In this document: one piece after another, positions 7,478 to 17,659 of the stretch
Layout of the letters: every line of letters begins with the position of its first letter
Position numbering within the stretch: position 1 is the first letter of the stretch
Source of the DNA: Breznakia blatticola
GTDB taxonomy: Bacteria > Bacillota_I > Bacilli_A > Erysipelotrichales > Erysipelotrichaceae
DNA: 21,513 nt
Assembly: GCF_004365815.1 (NCBI RefSeq)
Contig: NZ_SODD01000041.1
Coordinates: 1 to 21,513, forward strand
Direction of reading: 5' to 3'
Program-made: the position numbers and the translations under genes
Notes under the pieces: model-generated
Seen by the model: only the letters and a program-made list of their open reading frames with translations
Databases searched by the model: none
Told to the model about the DNA's origin: nothing

Positions 7478-7950
7478 TGATATTTGTTACAGTAGGAACT
7501 CAAGATAAAGGATTCCCTCGATTGCTTGAGGAAATTGAACGACTAATTATTAAAGGAGTTATTAAGGAAGAGGTCATCGCTCAAATTGGTTCTACAAGTG
7601 TAGATTTAAAACATATTAAAACATTTGATTATACAGATATGGAAGAGTTTCATTCATATATAGTGAAGTGCACATTCTTGATTACACATGCTGGGGTTGG
7701 GTCGATTTTAGCTGGATTAATAGAAGATAAAAAAGTAATTGCTGTTGCACGGAGAGAGAAATATGATGAACATGAAAACGAACATCAGACTGAAATTTGT
7801 GAAGTTTTTGATGAAATGGGATACGTTATTGGTTGTTTAGATGCAAATGAATTAGAAGATGCTGTTCAAACAATTGAAATGTTCACTCCGCGGAAATACG
7901 TAAGAAATAACGAATATTTTTGTTCGTTGATGAAGTCAATTATTGGTTAG
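7477..7950 (+). CDS. Alg13-like catalytic subunit (GT28 C-terminal domain; Cps14G/PssE-like)
   Basis: MIFVTVGTQDKGFPRLL... and ITHAGVGSIL motifs. I chose ATG 7477 (overlapping the upstream TAA as TAATG) over the track's GTG 7465. Confidence 0.8.
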   Translation: MIFVTVGTQDKGFPRLLEEIERLIIKGVIKEEVIAQIGSTSVDLKHIKTFDYTDMEEFHSYIVKCTFLITHAGVGSILAGLIEDKKVIAVARREKYDEHENEHQTEICEVFDEMGYVIGCLDANELEDAVQTIEMFTPRKYVRNNEYFCSLMKSIIG

Positions 7951-7961
7951 GAGATTTGCTT

Positions 7962-9131
7962 GTGATTTATATAAAAATAATAATACAGAGTATTTGCTTT
8001 TTTTGTTCTAAAGTGATATCAATTTTGTTTAGCGTATGTGAAATTAAAGGAAATAAAGTTTTCTTTTATAGTTATAGAGGAAATAAATATGCAGATAATC
8101 AGAGATCTTTCACTGAATACTATTTAGAAAAAGGTGAAAATGATTTGGAAATTGTCTGGGGGTATAGAAATGATGCTACTAGAGATTCAATTCCTGAAGG
8201 TGTCAAGAAGGTGAAGATGATTTCTTTCAAGTATTTCTATCACTTATATACATCAAGGTTCATTTCAACTAATCAAAGGATATCGTTTTTGGACTTCATT
8301 AGCAAGAGACATGGGCAAGTATATATTCAAACTTGGCATGCAAGTGCTGCGTTGAAGAAAATTGAAGTAGATGCATTGAGAGATTTACCTGAAATTTATG
8401 TTCGGGAAGCTAAAAGAGATTCAAAAATGACTGATTTAATTATTTCGGGAAGTCGCCAGTATTCTGAAGTATATAAAAATAAATTTTGGTATAATGGTCC
8501 GTTATTAGAGATTGGGACAATGAGAAATGATGTGTTATTTAAAGATAACAATACACGAGTAAAAATAATAAAGCAAAAACTGCAGATTCCGTTAAATCAG
8601 AAAGTTGTATTATATGCTCCAACATTCAGAAATAATCCAGATTTATCAATAAATTTTGATTTTGACTATGGAATGAATTACGAAATGATATCAGAGGCGT
8701 TTGAGAAAATGATTGGTGAGAACATTATACTTGTAAAGCAACATCCCAATTTAAAAAATCACAAGTTGACAGAAACAAAATGGTCGAGAGATATTACAGA
8801 CTATCAAGATATACAAGAACTGTTGTTAATTGCAGATGTACTTGTTACTGATTACTCGTCAGTATTATTTGATTTCATTCTTATGAAGAAACCGCTTTTT
8901 ATTTATGCAAGTGATTTCGATACATACTCACGTGATTTTATGGTTGATTTAAATGAAATGCCTTGTTCAATTTCAAGGAATAACGAACAGTTAAAAGAGT
9001 CAATATTGATTTTTAATGATAAAGAATATCTAGATCGATTATATGATTTTGATAAAAAACATATAGGTACTTTTGAAACAGGAAATGCAAATAAAGATTT
9101 TTATAAGTATTTGAAAAAAAATATAAATTAA
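7962..9131 (+). CDS. CDP-glycerol glycerophosphotransferase family protein (TagB/TagF-like)
   Basis: Family motifs VLYAPTFRNN, LVTDYSSVLFDF and QTWHASAALKK. I chose GTG 7962 (AGGAG 7949-7953, 8-nt spacing) over TTG 7920, which would overlap the upstream gene. Confidence 0.8.
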   Translation: MIYIKIIIQSICFFCSKVISILFSVCEIKGNKVFFYSYRGNKYADNQRSFTEYYLEKGENDLEIVWGYRNDATRDSIPEGVKKVKMISFKYFYHLYTSRFISTNQRISFLDFISKRHGQVYIQTWHASAALKKIEVDALRDLPEIYVREAKRDSKMTDLIISGSRQYSEVYKNKFWYNGPLLEIGTMRNDVLFKDNNTRVKIIKQKLQIPLNQKVVLYAPTFRNNPDLSINFDFDYGMNYEMISEAFEKMIGENIILVKQHPNLKNHKLTETKWSRDITDYQDIQELLLIADVLVTDYSSVLFDFILMKKPLFIYASDFDTYSRDFMVDLNEMPCSISRNNEQLKESILIFNDKEYLDRLYDFDKKHIGTFETGNANKDFYKYLKKNIN

Positions 9132-9145
9132 GAAGAGAGGGAATT

Positions 9146-10657
9146 ATGCGTACAAAAAAAGCTTTGAAAAATATTGTTTTCAATTTTATACAACAGCTTA
9201 TTGGGATTGTAGTTAATTTTATTTTACCACCATTAATAATTGGAAGGTTTGGAGATAGTATAAATGGACTTGTACAAACCATTCGACAAATGATGCAATA
9301 TGCACAATTAACAGGTGCCGGGATTGGAGCGAGTAGTACGTATGCGATGTATAAGCCTTTACACGAACAAAACTACCATACACTAAGTGGTGTATATAAT
9401 GCGACAAAGAAGATGTTCACAAATGCAGGAAATCTCTTCACAATTATAGTTTTAATTCTTTCGGTAGGTTATCCTTTTTTTGTAGAAGGAATAGACTTTA
9501 AAACAGTAGCACTTTCTGTGTTAGTTATTGGAATTTCTGGAATTTCTGAATTTTATGTATATGGGAAATATCAATCAATAATTAATGCAAATCAAGATAA
9601 CTATATAATTGCCATAGCACAAACAATAGGAAATGTTGCAAATGTAGTTGTTTCAGTGATTTTAATATATTTAAACTGTAATATAGTAATTGTTTTACTC
9701 GGTGGGAGTGTGATTTATTTACTTAGGATATTAATTTTGACGAGATTTGTTCGATCTAACTATCAATACTTAGATCCTAATGTAAGACCTATGATGGATT
9801 TAATTGATCAACGTAATGATGCAATTGTTCATCAAATTTCAGGTTTAATTGTTTTAAGTAGTTCTACTATTATTTTAAGTTTGATGTGTGGTTTGGAAGA
9901 AGCAAGTGTGTACTCAGTTTATGCGCTTGTTTTTGGAGGCATTAATACAATATGTCAAATTGTAGCAACTGCAATTTACTCTTCATTTGGGGAAGTGATA
10001 GTAAAAGGGAAAAACGATGTGTTGAAGGCTGCATTTAATGTATATGAATGCTTATTTTTCTTTGCAATTTTTATTGTATTTACTGTTGCTTATGTGATGA
10101 TTATGCCGTTTATAAGTATTTATACGAATAATTTATCAGTAAATGTAGAATACTTTTTACCTTTACTTGGATCTTTGTTTGTATTTGTAGGTATTGCGAA
10201 TAATTTGCGTGTTCCAGCTCGAACTTTGGTGGATGCTGCTGGGCACTTTAAGCGTACGAGAAATCGTTCGGTTGTTGAAATGATAATTAATCTAGTAGGA
10301 CAAATTGTGTTTACTTACATGTTTGGTATTTATGGTGTGCTTTTAGGATGTTTAGCTTCATATTCGTATCGGACAATTGATTTTATTTTATACACAAATA
10401 AGCATATTATCAAACAATCAAATTTAGTGAGTATTCGAAGAATTGTGGTTGGATTTGCCGCTAGTATTTGTATGGTTCTACTTTTGCAAGTAATTGTACC
10501 CTTAAGAATGACTGGATATGTTGAGTGGGTTATTTATGGATTCATTGCCACGTTTGCAACCAGTGTTGTGTTTTTTATTATTTATATTATCTTCGATCAA
10601 AAAACTATGAAGGAGATTTACAATATATTAAAAAATATCTTAAAGAAAAGTAATTAG
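9146..10657 (+). CDS. wzx: Wzx-type oligosaccharide flippase (MOP superfamily polysaccharide biosynthesis protein)
   Basis: 503 aa and polytopic, about 12-14 hydrophobic segments. Typical N-terminus MRTKKALKNIVFNFIQQLIGIVVNFILPPLIIGRFG. Located in a glycan locus. Confidence 0.75.
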   Translation: MRTKKALKNIVFNFIQQLIGIVVNFILPPLIIGRFGDSINGLVQTIRQMMQYAQLTGAGIGASSTYAMYKPLHEQNYHTLSGVYNATKKMFTNAGNLFTIIVLILSVGYPFFVEGIDFKTVALSVLVIGISGISEFYVYGKYQSIINANQDNYIIAIAQTIGNVANVVVSVILIYLNCNIVIVLLGGSVIYLLRILILTRFVRSNYQYLDPNVRPMMDLIDQRNDAIVHQISGLIVLSSSTIILSLMCGLEEASVYSVYALVFGGINTICQIVATAIYSSFGEVIVKGKNDVLKAAFNVYECLFFFAIFIVFTVAYVMIMPFISIYTNNLSVNVEYFLPLLGSLFVFVGIANNLRVPARTLVDAAGHFKRTRNRSVVEMIINLVGQIVFTYMFGIYGVLLGCLASYSYRTIDFILYTNKHIIKQSNLVSIRRIVVGFAASICMVLLLQVIVPLRMTGYVEWVIYGFIATFATSVVFFIIYIIFDQKTMKEIYNILKNILKKSN

Positions 10658-10688
10658 TTGTGCATGAAAAGCATATTTTTGCTATAAT
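10658..10688 (+). promoter_or_regulatory. Possible internal promoter ahead of the GT2/DUF2304/polytopic module
   Basis: Extended -10 TGCTATAAT at 10680-10688. TTGTGC at 10658-10663 has a long 19-nt spacer. Sits in the 54-nt gap after wzx. Confidence 0.3.
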
Positions 10689-10711
10689 TGATTGGATTGG
10701 AGGTTTTAGAC

Positions 10712-11401
10712 ATGTTAAAAACACTAATTATTGTGCCAGCATATAATGAAGCTTTAAATATTGAGAAAGTTGTTAATGATATTGTTGTAAATGCACCTGA
10801 AGCTGATTATATAATTGTTAATGATGGATCAAAAGATAATACTTTAGATGTTATTAAAAAAAATAGTTTTAATTGCATTAATGGGTTTATCAACTTAGGA
10901 TTGTGGGGAGCAGTTCAAACAGGTTTTAAATACGCTCTTGATTCAGGATATGATGTAGCAATCCAGTTTGATGGAGACGGTCAACATTCAGCAGAATATG
11001 TAAAAACTCTCGTTGAAGAAATTGAAAATGGAAATGATATCGCAATTGGATCACGCTTCGTTACAGAGAAAAAACCAATGACAAGTCGAATGTTAGGAAG
11101 TCGACTTATATCTATGGCAATATTTCTTGTAACTAGAAAGAGAATTAATGATCCTACCAGTGGAATGAGAGCATATAATAGAACAACTATGATAGACTAT
11201 GCCACTGATATGAATAACCCACCTGAACCAGATACACTTGTGTATATGTTACGTAAAAATAGAAAGGTGAAAGAAGTTCAAGTAGAAATGACTGATAGAG
11301 AGTTTGGAGAGTCTATCTTCAATATATCTCATACAATTAGTTATATGAGTAGAATTATGATTTCTATATTATTAATTCAACCATTTAGAAAAGTGAAATA
11401 G
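10712..11401 (+). CDS. GT2 glycosyltransferase, polyprenyl-phosphate sugar synthase-like (GtrB/DPM1/EpaI-like)
   Basis: LIIVPAYNEALNI, IIVNDGSKDNT, QFDGDGQH and DPTSGMRAYNR motifs. I chose ATG 10712 (GGAGG 8 nt upstream) over TTG 10688. Confidence 0.75.
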   Translation: MLKTLIIVPAYNEALNIEKVVNDIVVNAPEADYIIVNDGSKDNTLDVIKKNSFNCINGFINLGLWGAVQTGFKYALDSGYDVAIQFDGDGQHSAEYVKTLVEEIENGNDIAIGSRFVTEKKPMTSRMLGSRLISMAIFLVTRKRINDPTSGMRAYNRTTMIDYATDMNNPPEPDTLVYMLRKNRKVKEVQVEMTDREFGESIFNISHTISYMSRIMISILLIQPFRKVK

Positions 11402-11411
11402 AGGTAAGAAT

Positions 11412-11774
11412 ATGATACCATCAGATTTACAGATAGTTTTCGTTACAACTAGTTTATTTACATTTGTATACATTTTAGGACAAATACGAAAACATAAAAC
11501 AAATATTAATGATTCAATCATTTGGATTCTATGGAGTGTGGGATTACTTATTATGAGCATTTTCCCAAAACTTGCAATGAGTCTTGCAACACTATTAGGT
11601 TTTCAATCAACTAGTAATTTTATAATTGTTGTGTTTATTTTCTTCATTTACATTATTGTATTCTCACAGGTTAATAAAATTTCTTTGTTAGAAGAAAAGA
11701 ATAAACAACTTGCTCAAAAATGCAGCATATATGCTTATGAGCTTGAGAAAGAAAAATTAAAAGGAAAAGAATAA
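11412..11774 (+). CDS. Small membrane protein, DUF2304-like (typical partner of the preceding GT2 type)
   Basis: 120 aa. Hydrophobic helices are followed by the LLGFQSTSNF motif and a C-terminal charged coiled segment LLEEKNKQLAQK...ELEKEK, which matches my memory of the DUF2304 pattern. Confidence 0.65.
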   Translation: MIPSDLQIVFVTTSLFTFVYILGQIRKHKTNINDSIIWILWSVGLLIMSIFPKLAMSLATLLGFQSTSNFIIVVFIFFIYIIVFSQVNKISLLEEKNKQLAQKCSIYAYELEKEKLKGKE

Positions 11775-13978
11775 TGTTTGAAGTAATAAAATTAACGTTA
11801 ATAACAGTTATACTATTTTTTTCATCGAAAGCGTTTGGTGAACTTTTAAATATGAAATGGAAGAATCCATTTTCAAGTGTTTTAGGAGTTGGATATTTAG
11901 CTAATTTAGCTTGTTTTTTTGTTATTACATTACCAGTAATGATTTTTAAACTCTCAACACAATATCTCTTTGTGTTGGGACTTTTGTATTTGTGTATTTT
12001 AATCCTTGCAATTTATAAAACTATACAAAAAAAAGTTTTATTTCGATTCGATAAAATTGACATAGTTATACTAAGTTGTTCAGTTGTGTTACTTGGTTTT
12101 TACGGATTTGTGCTAGATTTCGGTTTGATTGAAACTTATGATTCGATATTTTATAGTAGTTTGACAAACAATGCGTCAAATTCACATGCTATATCTGTAG
12201 TGGATCCGTATACGGGATTGTCCAATTTGCAAAATTTCTACAAATATATGTCATACTACTATTTAGCTAGTTTTTATGGAGTGCTTTTTCAACTCAAACA
12301 CGCATACTTGGTTCTAGTTTGGTCTTTTACGTTTATGAACTTCATATTGTTCTTTAATACAGCATTCACTGTATGCCGAATTTCGAAGAACAAAGTGGTA
12401 AATAATATAATAAGTGTGTTTTATTTGTCACTGATATTGAGCATGTTTCGCGCTCCATTCAATGCGTTGCACTTAACAACGTTTGTTGTTTCAATATATG
12501 TGTTTAGATTTACTTTTCGTTTATTTAAGAAGAATTATGACATTCTTCCATATTTAATCATTACAATTATTGCATGTATTTCATTCACATCAACATCATT
12601 ATTTACCATTTTGCCTTTTGTTTTGGTGCTGTTAATTACAAATGCATGCATAAAAGATAGAATTCCTTATAAATATTTATACTATTTAACAATTCCGGTG
12701 TTGGTACTCGGTTTCTTGTATGTGTATGAATCACTGAAGAATCCTTTTGTACTAGTTGCGGCAATTGCTATCTTGATTTGCTTTAGTCTTTTATTTCTAT
12801 GGAAGCCGTTTGATACTATCGTTAGATATGGAAGCTTATTTTTAGGAATTATAGTATTTACTGTCTTTTTAATCCCTGATAAATTACCAATTCAAAATCT
12901 TATTTCTAACAACTTTATGCAATCAACAGCTATCAGTAAAAATGAATCAATTCCAGAAAATGAATCAGGAGATATAATTGAAGATTGTTTGGGTATTCAT
13001 TCGCTGAAGGTAAAGAACAATGATTCAATGTATGACTATAAAAAAGGTTTAGGGTCTTCGATAAACTATATGATAGGAGATGGCGATTTAAAAATTACTA
13101 CAATAATGATTACTTTCTCTCATTCTATTCCAAAGTATGGAGGAATGTTATTTTTGTTGATTTACGGATTTATCAAAAGAAGAAAATCATATGCCTTTGT
13201 TTCATATGTAGTATACTTATTATTGTTTAATAATCCGCTAGTTGCTAATGGTGTGAATTTACTTACTTTTGGACTGAGTCAAAGGATTGTACTGTTTTTT
13301 AATACGTATTATGCTATTTTGGGAGTTAAGTACTTTTTTGATTACTTTATCGATTATGTGTGGACTAAGTATAAGATTTCAGTTAGTTTACAAAGTGTTT
13401 TACGCTTTACATTTTATAGTTTAACGATATGTTTGATTACTTCAATATGTACATATGGAATAAATATTATGCCAAAAAGTTATACAAATTATAATTTCTT
13501 ATACAAAGTTCCGAATAGAATCGTAGAGCTCGAGGATAAAATATATGAACTTAATCTAGATAATGGTAAAGATTATAAGGAACGCTACTTTTTCACAGAA
13601 AGTGCATTCAATGTGAAATTGCTAGATCGAAGAGGTGAGAGCAAGGTTACTGTAATGAACAGCAAGGAATATATGAATTACTTCGGGAACCGAGATGTTA
13701 TCACAGATAAAACAATAATTAATGACTATTTCGAAAGTGAAGGTTTGTATAGTTTGAACTCAGTTGTAAATAAATGCAATTTGATGGAATTAAATGAAGA
13801 GCAAATAAAGCCAAATTGCGTTTGTTCTATAAAGAATATTGTTAAAAATTATGGTGTTGATTATATAGTTACAAAAGCTCCAAAAAATAGTGTATTTAAA
13901 GAAAGTTTACAAGATGATTTTTTAATAGTTTGGGAAAATGATGATTACATAATATTAAGAAATAAGGAGAGTGTATAG
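11774..13978 (+). CDS. Large polytopic membrane protein with a C-terminal soluble domain; candidate GT-C-type extracytoplasmic glycosyltransferase or polymerase
   Basis: 734 aa with many hydrophobic segments through about residue 560, then a hydrophilic ~170-aa tail. Coupled to the upstream gene by TAATG. Paralogous in N- and C-terminal features to 18587-20455. No family motif that I can name with certainty. Confidence 0.55.
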   Translation: MFEVIKLTLITVILFFSSKAFGELLNMKWKNPFSSVLGVGYLANLACFFVITLPVMIFKLSTQYLFVLGLLYLCILILAIYKTIQKKVLFRFDKIDIVILSCSVVLLGFYGFVLDFGLIETYDSIFYSSLTNNASNSHAISVVDPYTGLSNLQNFYKYMSYYYLASFYGVLFQLKHAYLVLVWSFTFMNFILFFNTAFTVCRISKNKVVNNIISVFYLSLILSMFRAPFNALHLTTFVVSIYVFRFTFRLFKKNYDILPYLIITIIACISFTSTSLFTILPFVLVLLITNACIKDRIPYKYLYYLTIPVLVLGFLYVYESLKNPFVLVAAIAILICFSLLFLWKPFDTIVRYGSLFLGIIVFTVFLIPDKLPIQNLISNNFMQSTAISKNESIPENESGDIIEDCLGIHSLKVKNNDSMYDYKKGLGSSINYMIGDGDLKITTIMITFSHSIPKYGGMLFLLIYGFIKRRKSYAFVSYVVYLLLFNNPLVANGVNLLTFGLSQRIVLFFNTYYAILGVKYFFDYFIDYVWTKYKISVSLQSVLRFTFYSLTICLITSICTYGINIMPKSYTNYNFLYKVPNRIVELEDKIYELNLDNGKDYKERYFFTESAFNVKLLDRRGESKVTVMNSKEYMNYFGNRDVITDKTIINDYFESEGLYSLNSVVNKCNLMELNEEQIKPNCVCSIKNIVKNYGVDYIVTKAPKNSVFKESLQDDFLIVWENDDYIILRNKESV

Positions 13979-13979
13979 T

Positions 13980-14813
13980 ATGAGTTTAAGCAATATTACA
14001 ATGATAATAAAAACATTTGAACGACCAGATTGTATACGAAAACTAGTAAAATCAATATATAAATACTATCCTGAAGCAATTGTCTTGATTGGTGATGATA
14101 GTGAAGTGTCATGCAAAGATGAGATTGAAGGTAAATATAAAAATAAACAAATAAAAGTTTATGAGCTACCGAAAGATAGTGGACTATCATTTGGTAGAAA
14201 CTTTTTATTGGAAAAAGTCGATACACCTTATTTCTTATTATTAGATGATGATTTTGTTTTTGACAATAGAACTAAAATAGTTGAGTGCTTGAACGTTTTT
14301 ATGAAAAATGATATCGATATACTAGGTGGTTTGTTCAGAAATTATAAGATTATCAATCATTGGTATGACAATCTTATTGTATTCGCACAAAAAATACTTC
14401 GTTATGAACTGACTACAAATTACATTGGAACTATTGATTTTGATGAAAATACGAAGATACTTACTACAAAGTATGAATTACATCGATTTCCTAAATATGA
14501 AAAAACTGATATTGTGCATAATTTCTTTATAGCAAAGACAGATAAGGTACGAAACGAGAACTTATGGGATAATGATCTTAAGCTTCAAGAGCATACGCCA
14601 TTCTTTTTTGAAGCCAAGAAAAAAGGATTTAAAGTATACACAACAAATCAACTAAGTGTAAGACATATGCCAAAGCGAATGAAAAAATACAATAGTTTCC
14701 GTGGTAGGGATTTTGTCCAAGTATTTATGCATAAATACAATATTAATCAAATCAGAATGTCAAATGATGACGGAGTTAATAAAGTAATTAATAAGAAGGA
14801 TAAATATGATTAG
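13980..14813 (+). CDS. GT-A fold (GT2-like) glycosyltransferase
   Basis: ITMIIKTFERPDCIRKLVKSI, VLIGDDSEV and LLLDDDFVF (DxD) motifs. I chose ATG 13980 (AAGGAG 13964-13969) over GTG 13971. Confidence 0.6.
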   Translation: MSLSNITMIIKTFERPDCIRKLVKSIYKYYPEAIVLIGDDSEVSCKDEIEGKYKNKQIKVYELPKDSGLSFGRNFLLEKVDTPYFLLLDDDFVFDNRTKIVECLNVFMKNDIDILGGLFRNYKIINHWYDNLIVFAQKILRYELTTNYIGTIDFDENTKILTTKYELHRFPKYEKTDIVHNFFIAKTDKVRNENLWDNDLKLQEHTPFFFEAKKKGFKVYTTNQLSVRHMPKRMKKYNSFRGRDFVQVFMHKYNINQIRMSNDDGVNKVINKKDKYD

Positions 14814-15807
14814 TATTATTGTACCTGTGTATAATGCAGAACGTTATGTTGAACAATTAGTTAATAATATCAAAAATCAAACACACAAAGATTTTGAGGC
14901 TATTTTAGTTAACAATAATTCTAAAGATAATACAGAAAAACGTTTAAAAGAGTTAATCAAAGATGATTCGCGTTTTAGAATTCTTTTTGAAAGTAAGCAA
15001 GGTCCAAACTATGCAAGATTGAAAGGATTTGAATCTGCGATTGGTGAATATGTATACTTTTTTGATAGCGATGACCGAATTTATCCACATACAATAGAAA
15101 ACTTGTATAGAAATGCAATTGAAAATCATAGTGATATAGTTATTGCAGATTATGTTGAAATTGACGAAACAGGAGAAATTACTAAACGATGTAAAGGAAT
15201 TAATTATTCAATAAATGATTCTTCGAGTATATTTGATCCTGAAAAGACATTTTTTGTAAAGATGCCACTTTGGAATAAATTGATTAAGAGAAATATGCTT
15301 AAAAAAGAATATTTTGCTTTTTCTTCAATTGGTGAAGATATGCTTATATCTTTATGTTGTGTTGCTAATTCAACTAAAATATCATATTTAGACAAAGAAA
15401 TATATCAGTACTTAGTAACTGAAAACGGATTATCATACGAAGTTACACTAAAGAATTCTTTAGGGATTCTTGAAACTTTCAAAGTGATGGATTTAATCTT
15501 CGATAATGAGTTCAGAAAGCGCTATGATGAACAAAAAGTATATATTCAAACACAACATTTGTTGTTTCGTTTGATGCGCTCAATATTACTAAATAAGAAC
15601 GACAGAAAAATTGCATATATGCAGTTGACGAATTTCTTGAAGACAAGTAATTATAAAAATAACGTTTACTATAAAAAAAGTATTCCTTTTAAAGGAGCAA
15701 GTTTTCTTTTAACAAACTTATTCATGTATAAAGTAAGCAGCGTAATTTTAAAACCATTTCTAGTAAATAAAACATTACAAAAAGTGTTAAAGAAATTAGA
15801 TAAATAG
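14806..15807 (+). CDS. GT2 family glycosyltransferase
   Basis: ISIIVPVYNAERYVEQLVNNIKNQTHKDFEAILVNNNSKDNT and FFDSDD motifs. The ATG overlaps the upstream stop (ATGATTAG). Confidence 0.85.
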   Translation: MISIIVPVYNAERYVEQLVNNIKNQTHKDFEAILVNNNSKDNTEKRLKELIKDDSRFRILFESKQGPNYARLKGFESAIGEYVYFFDSDDRIYPHTIENLYRNAIENHSDIVIADYVEIDETGEITKRCKGINYSINDSSSIFDPEKTFFVKMPLWNKLIKRNMLKKEYFAFSSIGEDMLISLCCVANSTKISYLDKEIYQYLVTENGLSYEVTLKNSLGILETFKVMDLIFDNEFRKRYDEQKVYIQTQHLLFRLMRSILLNKNDRKIAYMQLTNFLKTSNYKNNVYYKKSIPFKGASFLLTNLFMYKVSSVILKPFLVNKTLQKVLKKLDK

Positions 15808-15815
15808 GAGAATTT

Positions 15816-16586
15816 ATGAATATTGAAGTACTCATGTCGACAATGAAACGTTCATCTATAAATGAATTGAAGCTAAAGGAGAAAAATATTTCGACTCCCC
15901 TGTTAGTTGTGAATCAACTCGCTGACTCAGATTCTCACGTGATAGAGGATGAATGTAGATTCTTTTCCTATACCGAAAAAGGATTATCAAGATCAAGAAA
16001 CATACTGCTTAAAAATGCAAAAGGTGATGTTGGGATAATTACTGATGATGATATTACATTTATTGCAGAATATAAAACGATTTTATGTAACGCATATGAA
16101 AAGCATCCTGAGGCTGGTATTATTACATTCAATCTAAAAATAGGAGATGATACAAAAGGCTGGGACAAAGAGTTTACACATACTTTTTGGTCGTTAATGA
16201 GTGTAGCATCCTGTCAAATAAGTATAAAACCATCAGTAATAAGAAATTTAGATATTCATTTTAATGAGAGCTTTGGTTTAGGAGCAAGTTTTAAAAGTGG
16301 TGAAGAAAATCTTTTTCTGAATGATTGTCGAAAAAAAGGTGTAACTATTATTCATGTTCCAATTACATTGTGTTCTCATCCACACGAGGATACAACTGGA
16401 GAACTATGGAGTGCTGATTTAGTAAAGTCAAAAGGTGCACTTTCAACTGCTTTATTAGGTAAGAAACATGTTTTATTTCTATTGTATTTTATATTGGTAA
16501 AGCATAAAGAGTATAAAAAAACAATGAAAATAAAGGAGTTTTACAGAAATTATATGAATGGTGTGCATGAATATAGGAGTAGATAA
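15816..16586 (+). CDS. Probable GT-A-like glycosyltransferase
   Basis: 256 aa with a GIITDDDITF (DxD) motif and a GEENLFLNDCRKKG block. GGAG is 5 nt upstream. The family assignment is tentative. Confidence 0.5.
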   Translation: MNIEVLMSTMKRSSINELKLKEKNISTPLLVVNQLADSDSHVIEDECRFFSYTEKGLSRSRNILLKNAKGDVGIITDDDITFIAEYKTILCNAYEKHPEAGIITFNLKIGDDTKGWDKEFTHTFWSLMSVASCQISIKPSVIRNLDIHFNESFGLGASFKSGEENLFLNDCRKKGVTIIHVPITLCSHPHEDTTGELWSADLVKSKGALSTALLGKKHVLFLLYFILVKHKEYKKTMKIKEFYRNYMNGVHEYRSR

Positions 16587-17659
16587 TGAGCAAATGTAAG
16601 GTAGCAATATTCCAGTATGATCTCGGAGTTGGTGGAATTCAAAAATCATTGATTAATTTATTAAATGCTATTGATGAAAAGAAATATGATATTGATTTGT
16701 TTTTGTTTTCGAAAGAAGATTTTTATGAAACTAGTTTACCAAAATTTGTTACAGTTAATTATATACATTCCTTTCCAAGTTGGATGAAAATTTTGCCTTT
16801 TAGAATAGCGAAACGATTTGCGCATAAATTAAATGACACAATCTATGATGTTGCGATTGATTTTAATTCATATCAAAATGAATGTGCTGCATTTGCATTG
16901 CTTTGTAATGCGAATAGGCATATTATTTGGTGTCATAATGATGTAAAAATTAAACAAAAGAATGAGGCAAGATATCGATATTTATGGCTGATGATGAAAT
17001 CGAAGTTTTACTTTTTTGATAATATCTGTATTGTTTCCAAGGGAGCAAAAAAAAGCTTTGTGGAAGTAACAGGAATTGAGGAAAAAAAAGTACACGTATT
17101 ACCTAATATAATTAATACAGATGAAATTTTTCAATATAAGAATCAAGTTAATTCAATAGAAGTTGATAATAATAAATACAATTTAATCACAGTTGGGCGG
17201 ATATCACATCAAAAAGGACTAGATATTTTAGTTGAACTGTTTGGAAAAGTTGTTGAGAAAAGAAAGGATATACACTTATATATTGTCGGAGATGGTGACG
17301 ATAAGAAAAAATTGATTGAAGAAGTACAAAAATTAAAACTTAATAATTTTGTTACATTTACTGGATATTTGAAAAATCCATTTAGTTTAATGAATAATAT
17401 GGATGGATTTATATTAACATCAAGATATGAAGGTCAAGGAATGGTATTGTTAGAAGCAAAAAGTCTTGGTCTTGATGTTTTTATTCCAAAGCATTTAGAA
17501 CAATACGTCGATAACATCTCTGGACAAGTGGATTTAATTAATTCCTTACTTAATGCGTCTAAAAATGCAATAAAACGCTATGATGATTTGTCTACGTATA
17601 ATAATTCGATAATTGAGAAATTTGATCAATTGTGTACTGAGGAGACCAACTATGAATGA
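16586..17659 (+). CDS. GT4 (GT-B, group 1) glycosyltransferase
   Basis: ITVGRISHQKGLDILV, LYIVGDGDDKKKL and SRYEGQGMVLLEAKSLG (EX7E) motifs. TAATG overlap with the upstream gene. Confidence 0.85.
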   Translation: MSKCKVAIFQYDLGVGGIQKSLINLLNAIDEKKYDIDLFLFSKEDFYETSLPKFVTVNYIHSFPSWMKILPFRIAKRFAHKLNDTIYDVAIDFNSYQNECAAFALLCNANRHIIWCHNDVKIKQKNEARYRYLWLMMKSKFYFFDNICIVSKGAKKSFVEVTGIEEKKVHVLPNIINTDEIFQYKNQVNSIEVDNNKYNLITVGRISHQKGLDILVELFGKVVEKRKDIHLYIVGDGDDKKKLIEEVQKLKLNNFVTFTGYLKNPFSLMNNMDGFILTSRYEGQGMVLLEAKSLGLDVFIPKHLEQYVDNISGQVDLINSLLNASKNAIKRYDDLSTYNNSIIEKFDQLCTEETNYE

